From: an uncultured bacterium
GTDB taxonomy: Bacteria; Desulfobacterota_D; UBA1144; Nemesobacterales; UBA2774
DNA length: 64,000 bases
Direction of reading: 5' to 3'
Assembly (NCBI GenBank): GCA_963825135.1
Contig: CAWGRW010000009.1
Coordinates: 1,792,001-1,856,000, forward strand
The notes beneath the pieces are model-generated. The model searched no databases, was not told the DNA's origin, and worked only from the letters and a program-made list of their open reading frames with translations. Of the stretch, positions 10,698-21,498 are shown piece by piece. Position numbers and translations under genes: made by a program. Position 1 is the stretch's first letter, and the number at the start of each line of letters is the position of its first letter.

Positions 10698-11450
10698 ATG
10701 AAGGCGCTTTATACAATCGTAAAAAGGGAGATGAGGTCTTATTTCGCCTCACCGCTCGCGTATATAATCCTCGTCGTTTTTCAGGTTATTTCGGCAAGGT
10801 TCTTTTTCCTGTACCTCCAGGGGTTCCTGCTGTTCGAGCTCGATCCGAGCTACCAGCAGCAAACGGGCGAGCTTAATCTCAACAACCTCGTCGTGCTCCC
10901 GTACTTCGGGACCATAAGCATCGTTCTCCTCATGATAGTTCCGCTGATTACCATGAGACTGATAGCCGACGAGAAAAAGAACTATACCGCGGAGCTGCTT
11001 TTTACTTCGCCGGTGAGGATGAGCACGATAGTATTCGGGAAATACATCGCTTCCCTTATTCTTCTCATAATCATGCTCCTGCTATCGTCTGTTAATATCT
11101 TCGTATTGATGGTCCATGGGAATCCCGACTTCGGAGCTGTTCTCTCGGGCTATATTGGGCTGTTTCTGCTCGGCGCCTCGTTCCTGTCGGTCGGCATATT
11201 CGCTTCCTCTCTCACGGAGAACCAGCTCATTGCGGGCGTTATAAGTTTCGGCGTCCTCCTGCTTCTCTGGCTCGTGGGCGCGTTATCCGACGCCGAGAGT
11301 TCGGTGCTCGGGTACATATCGGTGATCAATCATTACGAGGACTTCAGCAAAGGATTAATAGAGCTGAAGGACGTCGTTTATTATCTGTCGTTGATTTTCC
11401 TCGGCCTCTTTCTCACCTACACGTCTCTTGAGTCGGAGAGGTGGAGATGA
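10698..11450 (+). CDS. ABC-2 permease (GldF-like)
   Basis: About 6 TM segments with REMRSYFASPLAY, PLITMRLIADEK..ELLFTSP, SSLTENQ and a C-terminal ESERWR. Confidence 0.88.
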   Translation: MKALYTIVKREMRSYFASPLAYIILVVFQVISARFFFLYLQGFLLFELDPSYQQQTGELNLNNLVVLPYFGTISIVLLMIVPLITMRLIADEKKNYTAELLFTSPVRMSTIVFGKYIASLILLIIMLLLSSVNIFVLMVHGNPDFGAVLSGYIGLFLLGASFLSVGIFASSLTENQLIAGVISFGVLLLLWLVGALSDAESSVLGYISVINHYEDFSKGLIELKDVVYYLSLIFLGLFLTYTSLESERWR

Positions 11451-12808
11451 AAAAAAGGAAGCTTATTTACGGTACGAACGCTTTAATTTCCGTGTTAAGC
11501 GTCTGCGGGATTCTAATCATACTGAATTTTATATTCTTCAAATCGGACGTCAGGATCGATATGACCGAAGGCAAACTCTACACTGTCTCGGAACATACGG
11601 TCGGCGTTATCGAGAATGTCGACGGAGATGTCGAGGTCATGGCGTTCTTTAAGGATGTCGGCATGGACAGGAGCGAATTTCAGGACCTTATCAAGGAATA
11701 CACGAGGAGGTCCGGGAAGATAAAAGTCAGATACGTCAATCCGGACAAGGAACCGGGCATCGCCAAAAAGTATGATATCAAGGAATACGGCACTATCGTG
11801 CTCATCGACGGAGAACAGACGATAAAATTGAGACTGGCGGACCATATCTCCGGAGGGATTTTAAAGAACGCGGAGGAAGAGATTACGAACGCGCTCTTTA
11901 AGCTCAACAGGGTAGTGCATAAGACGGTTTATTTCCTCACGGGGCACGGTGAGCGCGATATTAACGACGAATTGGAGCCCGAGGGTTTGGGGTCGCTCAA
12001 AGGTGCTCTCAGGGACGAGGGTTATGAAATTAAGGAGTTCCTTTTGCTGAGAGGGGATCCGCTGCCTAAAAAAGATAGCGTTCTCATCGTGTCGGCTCCT
12101 AAGCAAGCGCTGTCTCTGAAAGAAATAAGCGACATCAAGGACTATCTCGATAAGGGGGGGAAAGCGATTTTCCTTATCGAGCCCAGGTCGGGGGGAGAGC
12201 TTGCTTCGATGCTAAAGAGCTACGGTTTTGCAATATCGAATGATATAATAATCGATCCCAGCTCCAAGCTTGAGGGGGGAGGGGACATAGCTCCGATAGT
12301 CGCCCAGTATGCGCATCACGATATCACCGAGGGCTTCAGGTTCGCTACAATATTCCCGTATTCAAGAAGCATTGACGTCGTAGACCAGAACGATATCGAC
12401 CTGACCGTGCTGGCGCATACCGGCGAATACAGCTGGTCGGAATCAAATTTCGAGCTTTTCGATCAGGGCGTTGCGCAGCAAGAAGAAGGGGATAAGAAAG
12501 GACCGCTGGGAGTGGCTGCGGTCGAAGAAGACGAACATAATTCCAGAATTGCTGTTTTCGGAAGCGTGGATTTCGTTTCAAATATTTTTATTGATTTTTC
12601 GGGCAACAGGGACTTCTTCCTCAATACCGTTAACTGGGTATCGGGCGATGAGAATCTGATCTCAATAAGGCCGAGAGCGGCTAAAGAAGGGAAATTAACG
12701 ATTACGAAGAAGCAGACTAATGTTATATTTTTCTTTACCGTGGTATTGATACCAGCCGTCATCTTTTTTTCCGGTATCGGCATCTGGTGGAAGAGGAGAA
12801 GGCTGTAA
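11447..12808 (+). CDS. GldG-like ABC accessory protein (GIFT/IFT52-like domain, N- and C-terminal TM)
   Basis: RIDMTEGKLYTVS, VYFLTGHGE, GNRDFFLNTVNW, C-terminal TM ending WWKRRRL. ATGA overlap with the permease stop. Confidence 0.85.
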   Translation: MKKRKLIYGTNALISVLSVCGILIILNFIFFKSDVRIDMTEGKLYTVSEHTVGVIENVDGDVEVMAFFKDVGMDRSEFQDLIKEYTRRSGKIKVRYVNPDKEPGIAKKYDIKEYGTIVLIDGEQTIKLRLADHISGGILKNAEEEITNALFKLNRVVHKTVYFLTGHGERDINDELEPEGLGSLKGALRDEGYEIKEFLLLRGDPLPKKDSVLIVSAPKQALSLKEISDIKDYLDKGGKAIFLIEPRSGGELASMLKSYGFAISNDIIIDPSSKLEGGGDIAPIVAQYAHHDITEGFRFATIFPYSRSIDVVDQNDIDLTVLAHTGEYSWSESNFELFDQGVAQQEEGDKKGPLGVAAVEEDEHNSRIAVFGSVDFVSNIFIDFSGNRDFFLNTVNWVSGDENLISIRPRAAKEGKLTITKKQTNVIFFFTVVLIPAVIFFSGIGIWWKRRRL

Positions 12809-12876
12809 AACTTTTCTCAATCGGTATCTGCTTTCCGTTGAATGCCTGTGATAACAGAGGGAGTTGAGCCTATAAA

Positions 12877-13815
12877 TTGATCACCTATTTAAAGAGATTC
12901 GCGGGCACGGTAATCGCATTAGTCATCTTCCTGATCCTTCTCGGATCGGTCCTGCTCTTCAACAGGGACAAACAAACCGAAAATAATCTGGAAAAGGTCT
13001 TCCCCGGCATAAAATCGGAGGAGATTACATCGATCGACATAAAGTCCGCCGGCTCCGAATTCTCGCTTGAAAAAAACGATAGCGGCTGGCTCCTTAAAAG
13101 CGGCTCTAAACGGCTCAAAGCCGACACTGTCGCGGTCGAAAATCTGATCCGGGATATAAAGGAGATGGAGGTTGAGAAACTCGTCTCGCGTGAATCGAAT
13201 AACCTGAATGAATACGGGATGGTGGAGTCGGAGTCTGAATTCTCTTTCCATACGAAGGACAAGGAATATCCCGTGATTGTTGGCGACAAGAGTCCGGTCG
13301 GATCGGGAATATATATATACGACCTGGGCGAGGGCAGGGTGCTCATCGTCAAAGACCGGTATCTTTGGGGATTCCTCGATAAAAAGCCGGGCGATTTCAG
13401 GGAAAGGAAATTACTGGCGATGGATAAGGACACGGTCACCCGGGTATCTGTTAAAGTCGGCAATTTGAATATGGAGATGGTCAGGAAAGAAGGTAGGTGG
13501 CTGGAAGTAACGGACAATAGCAGCCACTTAGTTGATCAAAAGAAAGTAGGAGTGCTGCTCGACTCGTTTTCGGAGCTTAAGGCTGAAGGGTTTGAAGACG
13601 ACGAGCCTGCAGATTTAAACAAGTACGGATTGCTCGATCCGACTGCCGAAATTGTGTTTTATGCCGAAGGACGGGAAGAGGGCGTCGTATTCGGAAAAAG
13701 AAAGGATGAAGTGGACTACTATATTAAACTCCGGAATGAAGCCCCCGTTTTTTCCGTTTCAAAAGATTATTTCAAGATACTGCCGAAGAACGGCGAAGAG
13801 TTTTTGATTCGATAA
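12877..13815 (+). CDS. DUF4340-type membrane-anchored protein of the Gld-like ABC system
   Basis: N-terminal TM and two internal repeats (LNEYGM/LNKYGL, DFRERKL); usual fourth gene of this cluster type. TTG start. Confidence 0.7.
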   Translation: MITYLKRFAGTVIALVIFLILLGSVLLFNRDKQTENNLEKVFPGIKSEEITSIDIKSAGSEFSLEKNDSGWLLKSGSKRLKADTVAVENLIRDIKEMEVEKLVSRESNNLNEYGMVESESEFSFHTKDKEYPVIVGDKSPVGSGIYIYDLGEGRVLIVKDRYLWGFLDKKPGDFRERKLLAMDKDTVTRVSVKVGNLNMEMVRKEGRWLEVTDNSSHLVDQKKVGVLLDSFSELKAEGFEDDEPADLNKYGLLDPTAEIVFYAEGREEGVVFGKRKDEVDYYIKLRNEAPVFSVSKDYFKILPKNGEEFLIR

Positions 13816-13904
13816 GGCTGTTCTTGGGGGCATTTCAACACCTGAGGCCGTCAATGATCGTTAATTTGGATTCTTTTGCCCTCCGGTCGGCAGCCCGGCA
13901 CGGA

Positions 13905-15713
13905 TTAGCCGTCCTGTTTTTTATCCTTATTTTTAATATCGAGCTTTAATCCCAGCTCGAGGAGCTGGCCCGGTTCAACCGCGGACGGAGCTTCGGTGAG
14001 AGGGCATACCCCTTTCTGTGTCTTCGGGAACGCGATTACGTCCCTTATGGAGCTTGCGCCGGTAATAAGCATCACGATCCTGTCGAGTCCGAGAGCGATT
14101 CCTCCGTGGGGAGGAGCGCCAAATTCGAGCGCTTCGAGGAGGAACCCGAATTTCTCCCTGGCCTGCTCCGCGGTGAGGCCTATCGTGTGGAAGAGTTTCT
14201 CCTGTATGTCCTTCTGGAAAATTCTAATGCTCCCCCCGCCTATTTCGACCCCGTTCAGCACGACGTCGTATGCCCTCGACCTGATCTTTCCCTTTTCCGA
14301 ATCGAGCAGATCAATGTCTTCCTCCCTGGGAGACGTGAACGGGTGGTGCATGGCGACGTATCGTTTTTCCGTGTGGTCGAAATCGAGAAGCGGGAAATCC
14401 TCCACCCATAGGAAATCTAACCTCTCTCGGTCAATCATACCGAGCCTTTCCCCGAGCTCAAGCCTAAGGTGGGAAAGCACCATGTTTACCAAATACGGCG
14501 TATCCGCCGCGAAAAAAACTATATCGCCTTCTCCGAGGCTGAGTTTTTTTTGTAAATCCTCTTTTTCCTTGTCGCTCAGGAATTTAATGATCGGGGACTG
14601 CCATTCGTCTCCCGAAACTCGAATCCACGCGAGACCCTTCGCTCCGAGAGACTTCGCTGTATCTCCGAGGTCGTCAATCTCCTTTCTCGAAAGCTCGCCC
14701 GCCTTCCCGGCGAGCTTGAGGGCTTTAATAATGCCGCCCTTTTTTATCGCCCCGCTGAATACCTGGAACCCGGAGTCCCTGAATATCTCGGTCAGCTCCT
14801 CGAGCTCGAGCCCGAACCTCGTATCCGGCTTGTCGGACCCGTATCTGAGCATCGCTTCTTCGTGCTTCATTCGTTTAAACGGTACGGGAATGTCCACTCC
14901 TTTTGCTTCCCTGAATATCGCTTTGAGTATGCCTTCTACTACCGACATGATATCGTTCTCGTCCGCGTACGACATTTCGAGGTCTATCTGTGTAAATTCC
15001 GGCTGGCGGTCGGCCCTCAGGTCTTCGTCCCGGAAGCAGCGCACTATCTGGTAATACCTGTCGAGCCCCGATATCATGAGAGTCTGCTTCAGCAGCTGCG
15101 GGGATTGCGGCAGTGCATAGAACTCACCCGGGTTGAGCCTGCTGGGAACGAGGAAGTCCCTCGCCCCTTCTGGCGTCGACCTTGTAAGATAAGGCGTTTC
15201 CACCTCTATAAACCCCTCACTGTTCAGGTAATTTCTCGTAGCGGCGGCCGCCTTGTGCCGCGTTACGATATTATCCTTCATATTGGGGCGTCTGAGGTCG
15301 AGGTACCTGTGTTTTAATCTCAGCAATTCGTCTACCTTTACTTCGTTCTCTATGAGAAACGGCAGGGGCTTCGAAGTGTTGAGTATCCTGAGGTCGCTCG
15401 CTATTATCTCGATCTCACCCGTCGGCAGATTCGGGTTGATCGTCTCGGCGGGGCGGCTCGTTACCTTTCCCGTGACGGCGATGACCCATTCGTCGCGGAG
15501 CGCGGAGGCCTTTTCATGTATTTCCCTGTTGGTCTGAGGATTGAATACGATCTGTACCAATCCTTCCCTGTCCCTCAAATCGATGAATATAACGCCGCCG
15601 TGGTCCCTGTTCGATTGGACCCAGCCCATGAGCACGACATCGCGGCCGATATCCTTGGCCCTCAGTACTCCGCAATAGTCCGTTCTCTTCCAATCTCCCA
15701 TATGTTCAAGCAT
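13905..15713 (-). CDS. aspS: Aspartate--tRNA ligase (possibly non-discriminating Asp/Asn)
   Basis: RDHGGVIFIDLRD, PEGARDF, LPQSPQ, FRDEDLRADRQPEFTQ, GAPPHGGIALGLDR. The His in RDHGG is a non-discriminating-type feature. Confidence 0.97.
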   Translation of the reverse strand: MLEHMGDWKRTDYCGVLRAKDIGRDVVLMGWVQSNRDHGGVIFIDLRDREGLVQIVFNPQTNREIHEKASALRDEWVIAVTGKVTSRPAETINPNLPTGEIEIIASDLRILNTSKPLPFLIENEVKVDELLRLKHRYLDLRRPNMKDNIVTRHKAAAATRNYLNSEGFIEVETPYLTRSTPEGARDFLVPSRLNPGEFYALPQSPQLLKQTLMISGLDRYYQIVRCFRDEDLRADRQPEFTQIDLEMSYADENDIMSVVEGILKAIFREAKGVDIPVPFKRMKHEEAMLRYGSDKPDTRFGLELEELTEIFRDSGFQVFSGAIKKGGIIKALKLAGKAGELSRKEIDDLGDTAKSLGAKGLAWIRVSGDEWQSPIIKFLSDKEKEDLQKKLSLGEGDIVFFAADTPYLVNMVLSHLRLELGERLGMIDRERLDFLWVEDFPLLDFDHTEKRYVAMHHPFTSPREEDIDLLDSEKGKIRSRAYDVVLNGVEIGGGSIRIFQKDIQEKLFHTIGLTAEQAREKFGFLLEALEFGAPPHGGIALGLDRIVMLITGASSIRDVIAFPKTQKGVCPLTEAPSAVEPGQLLELGLKLDIKNKDKKQDG

Positions 15714-15937
15714 TTGAAAAGCTCCTTTAAAACGTATGTGCCTCTAATGACCAGAAATCTTAACCTTTGTGAAGGATTTGGCAAGAATGTGAGAGTCGGT
15801 GCTTCATGGGAATAGTTTTCGGGTCGGGAAGGCTAAATTCAGGTCCCTGGCTAAGACAGGCAAGTGGGTTTACTATTGTAGGGTGCGGAGCAATCATAGT
15901 GATCTTACATAAATGATCTTCAGGAGATGACCATACG

Positions 15938-17428
15938 ATGACTGTCAATCAGCTTGCCGCCCCGGCAGCCGTCCGTAACTATATCAGAAGCAATCTTCCG
16001 CTATTATTGATTTTCTTGCTTGGATTGTTCCTGAGGATTTATCATCTCGGCACCGAGAGCATGTGGCTTGACGAGATCTACTCGGTTGACATGTCCCGTC
16101 TCGGCCCAATAAGCATCGTAAAAGAAATACTACGCCAGGGTGAAAGTTCTCCCCCTTTATATTATGCGCTTCTCCATTACTGGGTAATTGTTTTTGGTGA
16201 CTCTGAATTCGCTTCGAGATTGTTCTCGGTCATACCGGGGTCACTTTCGGTGCTTCTGATATATAAATTCAGCAAGGAGCTTTTTAACAGGAACGCCGGC
16301 TTGATGGCTGCGTTAATTATGGCCGTCTCGGTTTACCAAATCAAATACTCCCAGGAAGCGCGGACCTATTCGCTAATCGTTTTCCTGATGCTGCTCAGTA
16401 ATTATTTGTTCCTGAGATTATTAAGCGGTTATAGATTCAAATACGCTCTGGGTTATATCTTCGTCACCGCGGCCCTCATATACGCTCACTATTACTCGGT
16501 GTTTTATGTTGCGGCTCAGAATATTTATATGTTCACGAAGCTGATCCTGAACCCGAGGGGGGAATGGCCGGCATTTAAGCGGTGGATAGCATTGCAACTT
16601 ATGCTTTTTGTAGTTTTGCTGCCGGAGCTAATGCTGTTAAGAAGGGCGGACGCAATACACGAAGGATTCTGGCGCGCAAGACCGAGTATACACACTGTCA
16701 TATACACTATTGTGCAGTTCTCCGGTTCTCTCCCGCTCCTGATTCTCTTTTTCGTACTGTCTGTGTATACGGTGGTAAGCGCAATCAGGGCCGATTATAA
16801 AAATACGCTCGCAGAGCCCGTTGGCCGCACAGGCGGCCCTACCAAAGACTCGCCTTTTTCCAATAAAATAGACAGGATTTACTTTTTGATCGTTCTGCTA
16901 TTCGCCCCTATTATACTTGCCTATATCGTTTCCATGATTTTTAACCCGATTTTTGGCGACCGCTATTTAATTGGTGCTTCCCCAGCCCTGTATATTCTGG
17001 TCGCGGCGGGGATCGACAATCTGGGGTTCAGGAAGCTTAAAGTTCTTGCCGTTGTTTTAGTGGTATGTCTCTCCCTTTTCCGAATTTATCGATATTATCT
17101 AACCGTCGATAAGCATCAGTGGAGGGAGGCAGTCCATTATATAGAGGAGAATGCATCCCCCGGAGATATGGTTATGGTTTCCCCGGATTTCGAGCTGATC
17201 TCTCTGGAATATTATTTAAAAAGAAATGATCTCAAGGCAGTTGCGTTGTCCGAGCAATCTAGTCTCGATTTCGGTCTGAAAAGCGGGAAGGTCTGGGTTG
17301 TCTGCCCTTATCACGGTGGTCAGGATGCTCCGGTAGACGAGGACAGCCTAAAACAATATAATAAGCTCCTCTCCGAAAAAGATTTTAACAAAATAAAGGT
17401 ATATCTTTTGACCGGGAAATCTGATTAA
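15938..17428 (+). CDS. GT-C superfamily (PMT/GT39/GT83-like) membrane glycosyltransferase, paralog 1
   Basis: ESMWLDE, PPLYY, GDSEFASR, YSQEARTYSL, HYY, many TM segments, C-terminal KHQWREA domain. Confidence 0.85.
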   Translation: MTVNQLAAPAAVRNYIRSNLPLLLIFLLGLFLRIYHLGTESMWLDEIYSVDMSRLGPISIVKEILRQGESSPPLYYALLHYWVIVFGDSEFASRLFSVIPGSLSVLLIYKFSKELFNRNAGLMAALIMAVSVYQIKYSQEARTYSLIVFLMLLSNYLFLRLLSGYRFKYALGYIFVTAALIYAHYYSVFYVAAQNIYMFTKLILNPRGEWPAFKRWIALQLMLFVVLLPELMLLRRADAIHEGFWRARPSIHTVIYTIVQFSGSLPLLILFFVLSVYTVVSAIRADYKNTLAEPVGRTGGPTKDSPFSNKIDRIYFLIVLLFAPIILAYIVSMIFNPIFGDRYLIGASPALYILVAAGIDNLGFRKLKVLAVVLVVCLSLFRIYRYYLTVDKHQWREAVHYIEENASPGDMVMVSPDFELISLEYYLKRNDLKAVALSEQSSLDFGLKSGKVWVVCPYHGGQDAPVDEDSLKQYNKLLSEKDFNKIKVYLLTGKSD

Positions 17429-17545
17429 AATCGGGAATCTCTCGGATCGGGATGAGTGCTCGCCTAATGCGCGGCGTTCTAAATTTATGCATATGGGATA
17501 AATATAAAGATGGCCGCGGTTCGAAAGGCCGGACTCTAACGAATA

Positions 17546-19042
17546 ATGAAAATACAGCCACTGGATGGGCCGGTTTCCGGTTTCATAAGAAATAATCCTC
17601 TTTTATTTGTGATATTTCTTCTGGGTTTGTTTCTCAGGCTTTATAATCTCGGCGCTGAAAGCGTATGGTTCGATGAAGCGGTTTCTATCGCGGCGGCGAA
17701 GCTCGGGTTTCTCGATCAGATAAGATGGAGCTTAGCCGAGAGTGATAAGAATCCCCCTTTTTACTATGCCTTTCTCCGCGTATGGGTTCTCATGTTCGGC
17801 GACTCCGAATTCTCCGTCAGGCTCCCCTCGGCTATTTTCGGTTCGTGCAGCATACTGTTTATTTACAAAGTCGTCAGGCTGCTCTACACCAGAAAGGCGG
17901 CCTTGCTCGCGGCGCTCGTCCTTGCCGTTTCCGTATTTCACATCCGGTTCTCTCAGGAAGGAAGGGCGTATAGTCTATCGGCACTTCTCACTCTCCTTTC
18001 CTTTTATTTCTTTTTAAAGAGCGCCTCAGAGAGAAAGCGGATCAATTCAATAGGATATGTCATATCGAGCGCGCTCTTGATTTACACCCACTATTACGGC
18101 CTTTTCATTATCCTTTCTCAAAACATCTTCTGCGCGTGGCAATATTTAGCGCGCCGGGAATCCGTAGTGCCCGACTTTAAAAAATGGATGGCTCTTCAGT
18201 TTATTCTTGGGATTTTGTATATCCCGGGACTATATATCTTGTATCGGCATTCGATCGGAATTCAAAAAGGGTTCTGGCTCTCCCCTCCCACTTTAAAGGT
18301 CTTATACGACTGCTTCGTGTTGTATTCGGGATCGACGTATCTGCTGATATTGCTCGCCGCGCTCTCAATATTGGCCTTTGTCAATATCAGGGGGGCGAGC
18401 ATCTCCGGGTATTTTAGAGGGGTCTCCGAAGCCTCGGCTCACAAACCGGAGGAAAGCGGCGCATCATATGGAAGAAGCGTGATTCTCCTCCTTCTATGGT
18501 TGATAGTTCCACTGGCCGTGCCTTTCCTGATATCGCTTGTTTCGACTCCGATTTTTTTCTACAGATACACGATCGTCGGGTCTCTCGCATTCTATATCCT
18601 CGCTTCAGTCGGGACGGTAAGGACGGGCGGCAAGAGGTTCCTTCTTCTCGCTGCGGGATTAGTTCTAATTTTTTCTTCCGTTAATATTTTCGGATATTAT
18701 GAACTGGTGGATAAGCCCGACTGGAGGTCCGGCATAGGCTATATCGAATCCAGGGCCGGCGCAGGAGATGTTATAGTTTCATACCCATGGTACGAAACGG
18801 AAGCGGCCGGTTACTATGCGGCACGAGGCGATTTGGCGATAATACCGCTCACGGACGAATTTTACTCCCCCGCCGATACGGGGGACAATGAATTCTGGCT
18901 CGTATTGTGCGACCGCTGGAAGGACGACGTAGGAAACAATAAGGGGATTATCGAAAAGAGAATCGGGGAGAGCTACGACGTTCTGGAGATGAAAGAATTC
19001 CCGTACCTCTACATCTATCGTCTCAGGTATAAAAAAGAATGA
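17546..19042 (+). CDS. GT-C superfamily membrane glycosyltransferase, paralog 2
   Basis: ESVWFDE, NPPFYY, GDSEFSVR, FSQEGRAYSL, THYYG, KPDWR. Confidence 0.85.
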   Translation: MKIQPLDGPVSGFIRNNPLLFVIFLLGLFLRLYNLGAESVWFDEAVSIAAAKLGFLDQIRWSLAESDKNPPFYYAFLRVWVLMFGDSEFSVRLPSAIFGSCSILFIYKVVRLLYTRKAALLAALVLAVSVFHIRFSQEGRAYSLSALLTLLSFYFFLKSASERKRINSIGYVISSALLIYTHYYGLFIILSQNIFCAWQYLARRESVVPDFKKWMALQFILGILYIPGLYILYRHSIGIQKGFWLSPPTLKVLYDCFVLYSGSTYLLILLAALSILAFVNIRGASISGYFRGVSEASAHKPEESGASYGRSVILLLLWLIVPLAVPFLISLVSTPIFFYRYTIVGSLAFYILASVGTVRTGGKRFLLLAAGLVLIFSSVNIFGYYELVDKPDWRSGIGYIESRAGAGDVIVSYPWYETEAAGYYAARGDLAIIPLTDEFYSPADTGDNEFWLVLCDRWKDDVGNNKGIIEKRIGESYDVLEMKEFPYLYIYRLRYKKE

Positions 19043-19089
19043 ATAGACGGGCGTGAAAATACATTTTATTTCCAGAGGGTGATCGGTTT

Positions 19090-19986
19090 ATGGCAAACGA
19101 AATTAAGTTCAGGTCGGGTTTCATAACGGTAGTCGGACGGCCCAACGTGGGTAAGTCGACACTGATTAACGCGGTTACGGGCATGAAAATAGCGGCCGTA
19201 TCTGATAAGCCCAATACGACGAGGAATAGAATACTCGGAATCAAGACGCTCCCGGACGCGCAACTCGTATTTATCGATACCCCGGGAATACATAAAGCCA
19301 GGGGAAAACTGGGCAAGGCAATGGTTCATACCGCAATGGCTGCGATCGAAGAAGCGGACGTGATTTTGATGATGATCGAAGTCAAGGAACCTTTCGGGAG
19401 AGGGGATCGCTTCATCATCGAGAATCTCCCGAAACCCTCCATCCTGATTCTAAATAAGATCGATACCGTAAATAAAAGCGAGATACTGGGAATAATCGAC
19501 GAATCGAGGAGATTTGAAGGAAAATTCCTTGAGGTTATCCCCATTTCGGCGAGAAATTCGGACGGCATCGACGATCTCTTGGCGACGATTGTAAAATACA
19601 TGCCCGAGGGGCCTAAATATTTCCCCGAAGATATGGTAACGGACCAGCCCGAAAGGTTTCTGGCCGCGGAGTTTATCAGGGAGAAGATTTTCCAATTAAC
19701 GAAACAGGAGATACCTTACAAAACCGCTGTAGTTATCGAGGAATTTAAAGACGAGCCCGAGAAGGGACTCGTCCGGATATCGGCCGTTATATATGTCGAG
19801 AGGAACAACCATAAGGGGATCATCATTGGAAAGAAGGGAGAGATGCTGAAGGAGATAGGCAGCCTTGCGCGCGGGGACATGGAAAGAGTGCTCGGGGCGA
19901 GGGTCTTCCTCGAGCTCTGGGTGAAGGTAAGTGAAGGATGGACGGAAAGGGAGAACCTGATTAAGGATTACGGATACGGCGTCTGA
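19090..19986 (+). CDS. era: GTPase Era
   Basis: GRPNVGKST, NTTR, DTPG, NKID, KH domain IIIGKKG, VFLELWVKV. Confidence 0.97.
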   Translation: MANEIKFRSGFITVVGRPNVGKSTLINAVTGMKIAAVSDKPNTTRNRILGIKTLPDAQLVFIDTPGIHKARGKLGKAMVHTAMAAIEEADVILMMIEVKEPFGRGDRFIIENLPKPSILILNKIDTVNKSEILGIIDESRRFEGKFLEVIPISARNSDGIDDLLATIVKYMPEGPKYFPEDMVTDQPERFLAAEFIREKIFQLTKQEIPYKTAVVIEEFKDEPEKGLVRISAVIYVERNNHKGIIIGKKGEMLKEIGSLARGDMERVLGARVFLELWVKVSEGWTERENLIKDYGYGV

Positions 19987-19989
19987 TAC

Positions 19990-21462
19990 ATGAAGAAAGA
20001 ATCGGTTCTCGGAGTTCTCAAAGAAAATTATTTAATAATCCTGATTTGTATTCTTGGCGTCATACCAAGGTTTTACGCTCTCGGCAAGGAGAGTATATGG
20101 TATGACGAAGCAGTCTCGATCGTTGCCTCCAAGATGGGATTTGCGGATATCATTGCATGGATATACAAGGATGCCGCGGAGGCAAACCCGCCATTTTATT
20201 ATCTGTTGATGAGTGTATGGATACCCGTTTTCGGTGATACCGAATTCATTACGCGGGTGCCCGCGGCTGTTTTCGGCTCATTTTCTGTCTTCGCTATATA
20301 CGCTGTCGGCAAGCTCCTCTATGATAAAAAGACGGGGCTTATAGCTGCACTCATTCTTGCAGTTTCCGTCTTTCACATCAGATACGCGCAGGAAGTCAGG
20401 GGATATACCCTGATGGTTTTCCTCATACTCGTTTCGTTCTACTCTTTTCTGCAGCTTTCGATTAAAAGGAGAACGTTATATGAAATTACCTATATAGCTT
20501 CGACAGTTCTCCTGGTCTGCACGCATTATTACGGAGTCTTGATTGTCCTGTCTCAAAACATCTTCTGTTTTACTTTGATTCTGAAGAATAAGAGGATCGG
20601 GGAGCTCGGCATCGGCGGGTGGCTAAAACTCCAGTTGATATCCGGCATATTGCTTCTGCCCTGCATATTTCTTCTTGCCGTTACAATATTCAGGATACGG
20701 AAGGGATTCTGGATCGCCGAGCCGACGTCTGAATATATATGGCAATATTTCGAGATCTATTCCGGATCGATCTATCTCTTAATTCTATTTCTGGGATTTT
20801 CGTTGTATGCGGTATACGGCGCTAGAAAAGTTAAAGGCAGAAAACAAAGGAGTAAGTCCGGAACATTCAACGAAGAGCGCCCGGACGCGCCCGGGATATC
20901 GGGAAGGGAGAAAATCTATTTGCTCCTTTTGTGGCTGCTCGTGCCCGTCCTAATTCCGTTTTTGATCTCCTTTGTTTTTACACCGATACTCGTATTCCGC
21001 TATACTATCGGGGCTTCGCTCGCCTTTTATCTGCTGGTGTCCAAAGGGATCGGGAATTTGAATAACAAGTGGCTGATTCTGGCTGCGGCGGGACTCATCG
21101 TCATCTTATCTTGTGTCAAGATAGGCGCCTATTATAAAGTCGTCGGCAAGCATCAGTGGAGAGAGGTGATGAGCTATATAGAATCCAAAGCGCTGCCCGG
21201 TGACGTAATAATTGTTTCGCCCATATATGAGAGGATTACCGCCAGGTACTATAAGAAGAGGAATGATATACAACTACTTCCGCTCGAGAAGAAATTCCCT
21301 GTATTCAAGGATTTGGGGAATGGAAACATTTGGTTTGTTTTTCACGCCCATCCTGATAGCCGGGCCAATTCCAGGGCGGGGCTCGGCGGAAGGTATGACA
21401 TTACCGAGAAGCACTATTACAAGCTCGATTTGTTCCAGCTAAGGGAAAAACGAACGAATTAA
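19990..21462 (+). CDS. GT-C superfamily membrane glycosyltransferase, paralog 3
   Basis: ESIWYDE, NPPFYY, GDTEFITR, YAQEVRGYTL, THYYG, KHQWRE. Confidence 0.85.
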   Translation: MKKESVLGVLKENYLIILICILGVIPRFYALGKESIWYDEAVSIVASKMGFADIIAWIYKDAAEANPPFYYLLMSVWIPVFGDTEFITRVPAAVFGSFSVFAIYAVGKLLYDKKTGLIAALILAVSVFHIRYAQEVRGYTLMVFLILVSFYSFLQLSIKRRTLYEITYIASTVLLVCTHYYGVLIVLSQNIFCFTLILKNKRIGELGIGGWLKLQLISGILLLPCIFLLAVTIFRIRKGFWIAEPTSEYIWQYFEIYSGSIYLLILFLGFSLYAVYGARKVKGRKQRSKSGTFNEERPDAPGISGREKIYLLLLWLLVPVLIPFLISFVFTPILVFRYTIGASLAFYLLVSKGIGNLNNKWLILAAAGLIVILSCVKIGAYYKVVGKHQWREVMSYIESKALPGDVIIVSPIYERITARYYKKRNDIQLLPLEKKFPVFKDLGNGNIWFVFHAHPDSRANSRAGLGGRYDITEKHYYKLDLFQLREKRTN

Positions 21463-21498
21463 CGAGAAGCTGTCTGGTTTCTTGTCGGTTGGTGTTTC

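Noticed and set aside
13996..15054. 352-aa plus-strand ORF antisense to aspS, and many similar shadow ORFs over sucAB, purD, fusA, tuf and ribosomal genes
   Set aside because: Ser/Pro/Arg-rich with no motifs or RBS; expected by-products of codon bias on the coding strand.
17510..17535. GGTTCGAA resembling a tRNA T-loop
   Set aside because: No T-stem, acceptor stem or cloverleaf can be built.
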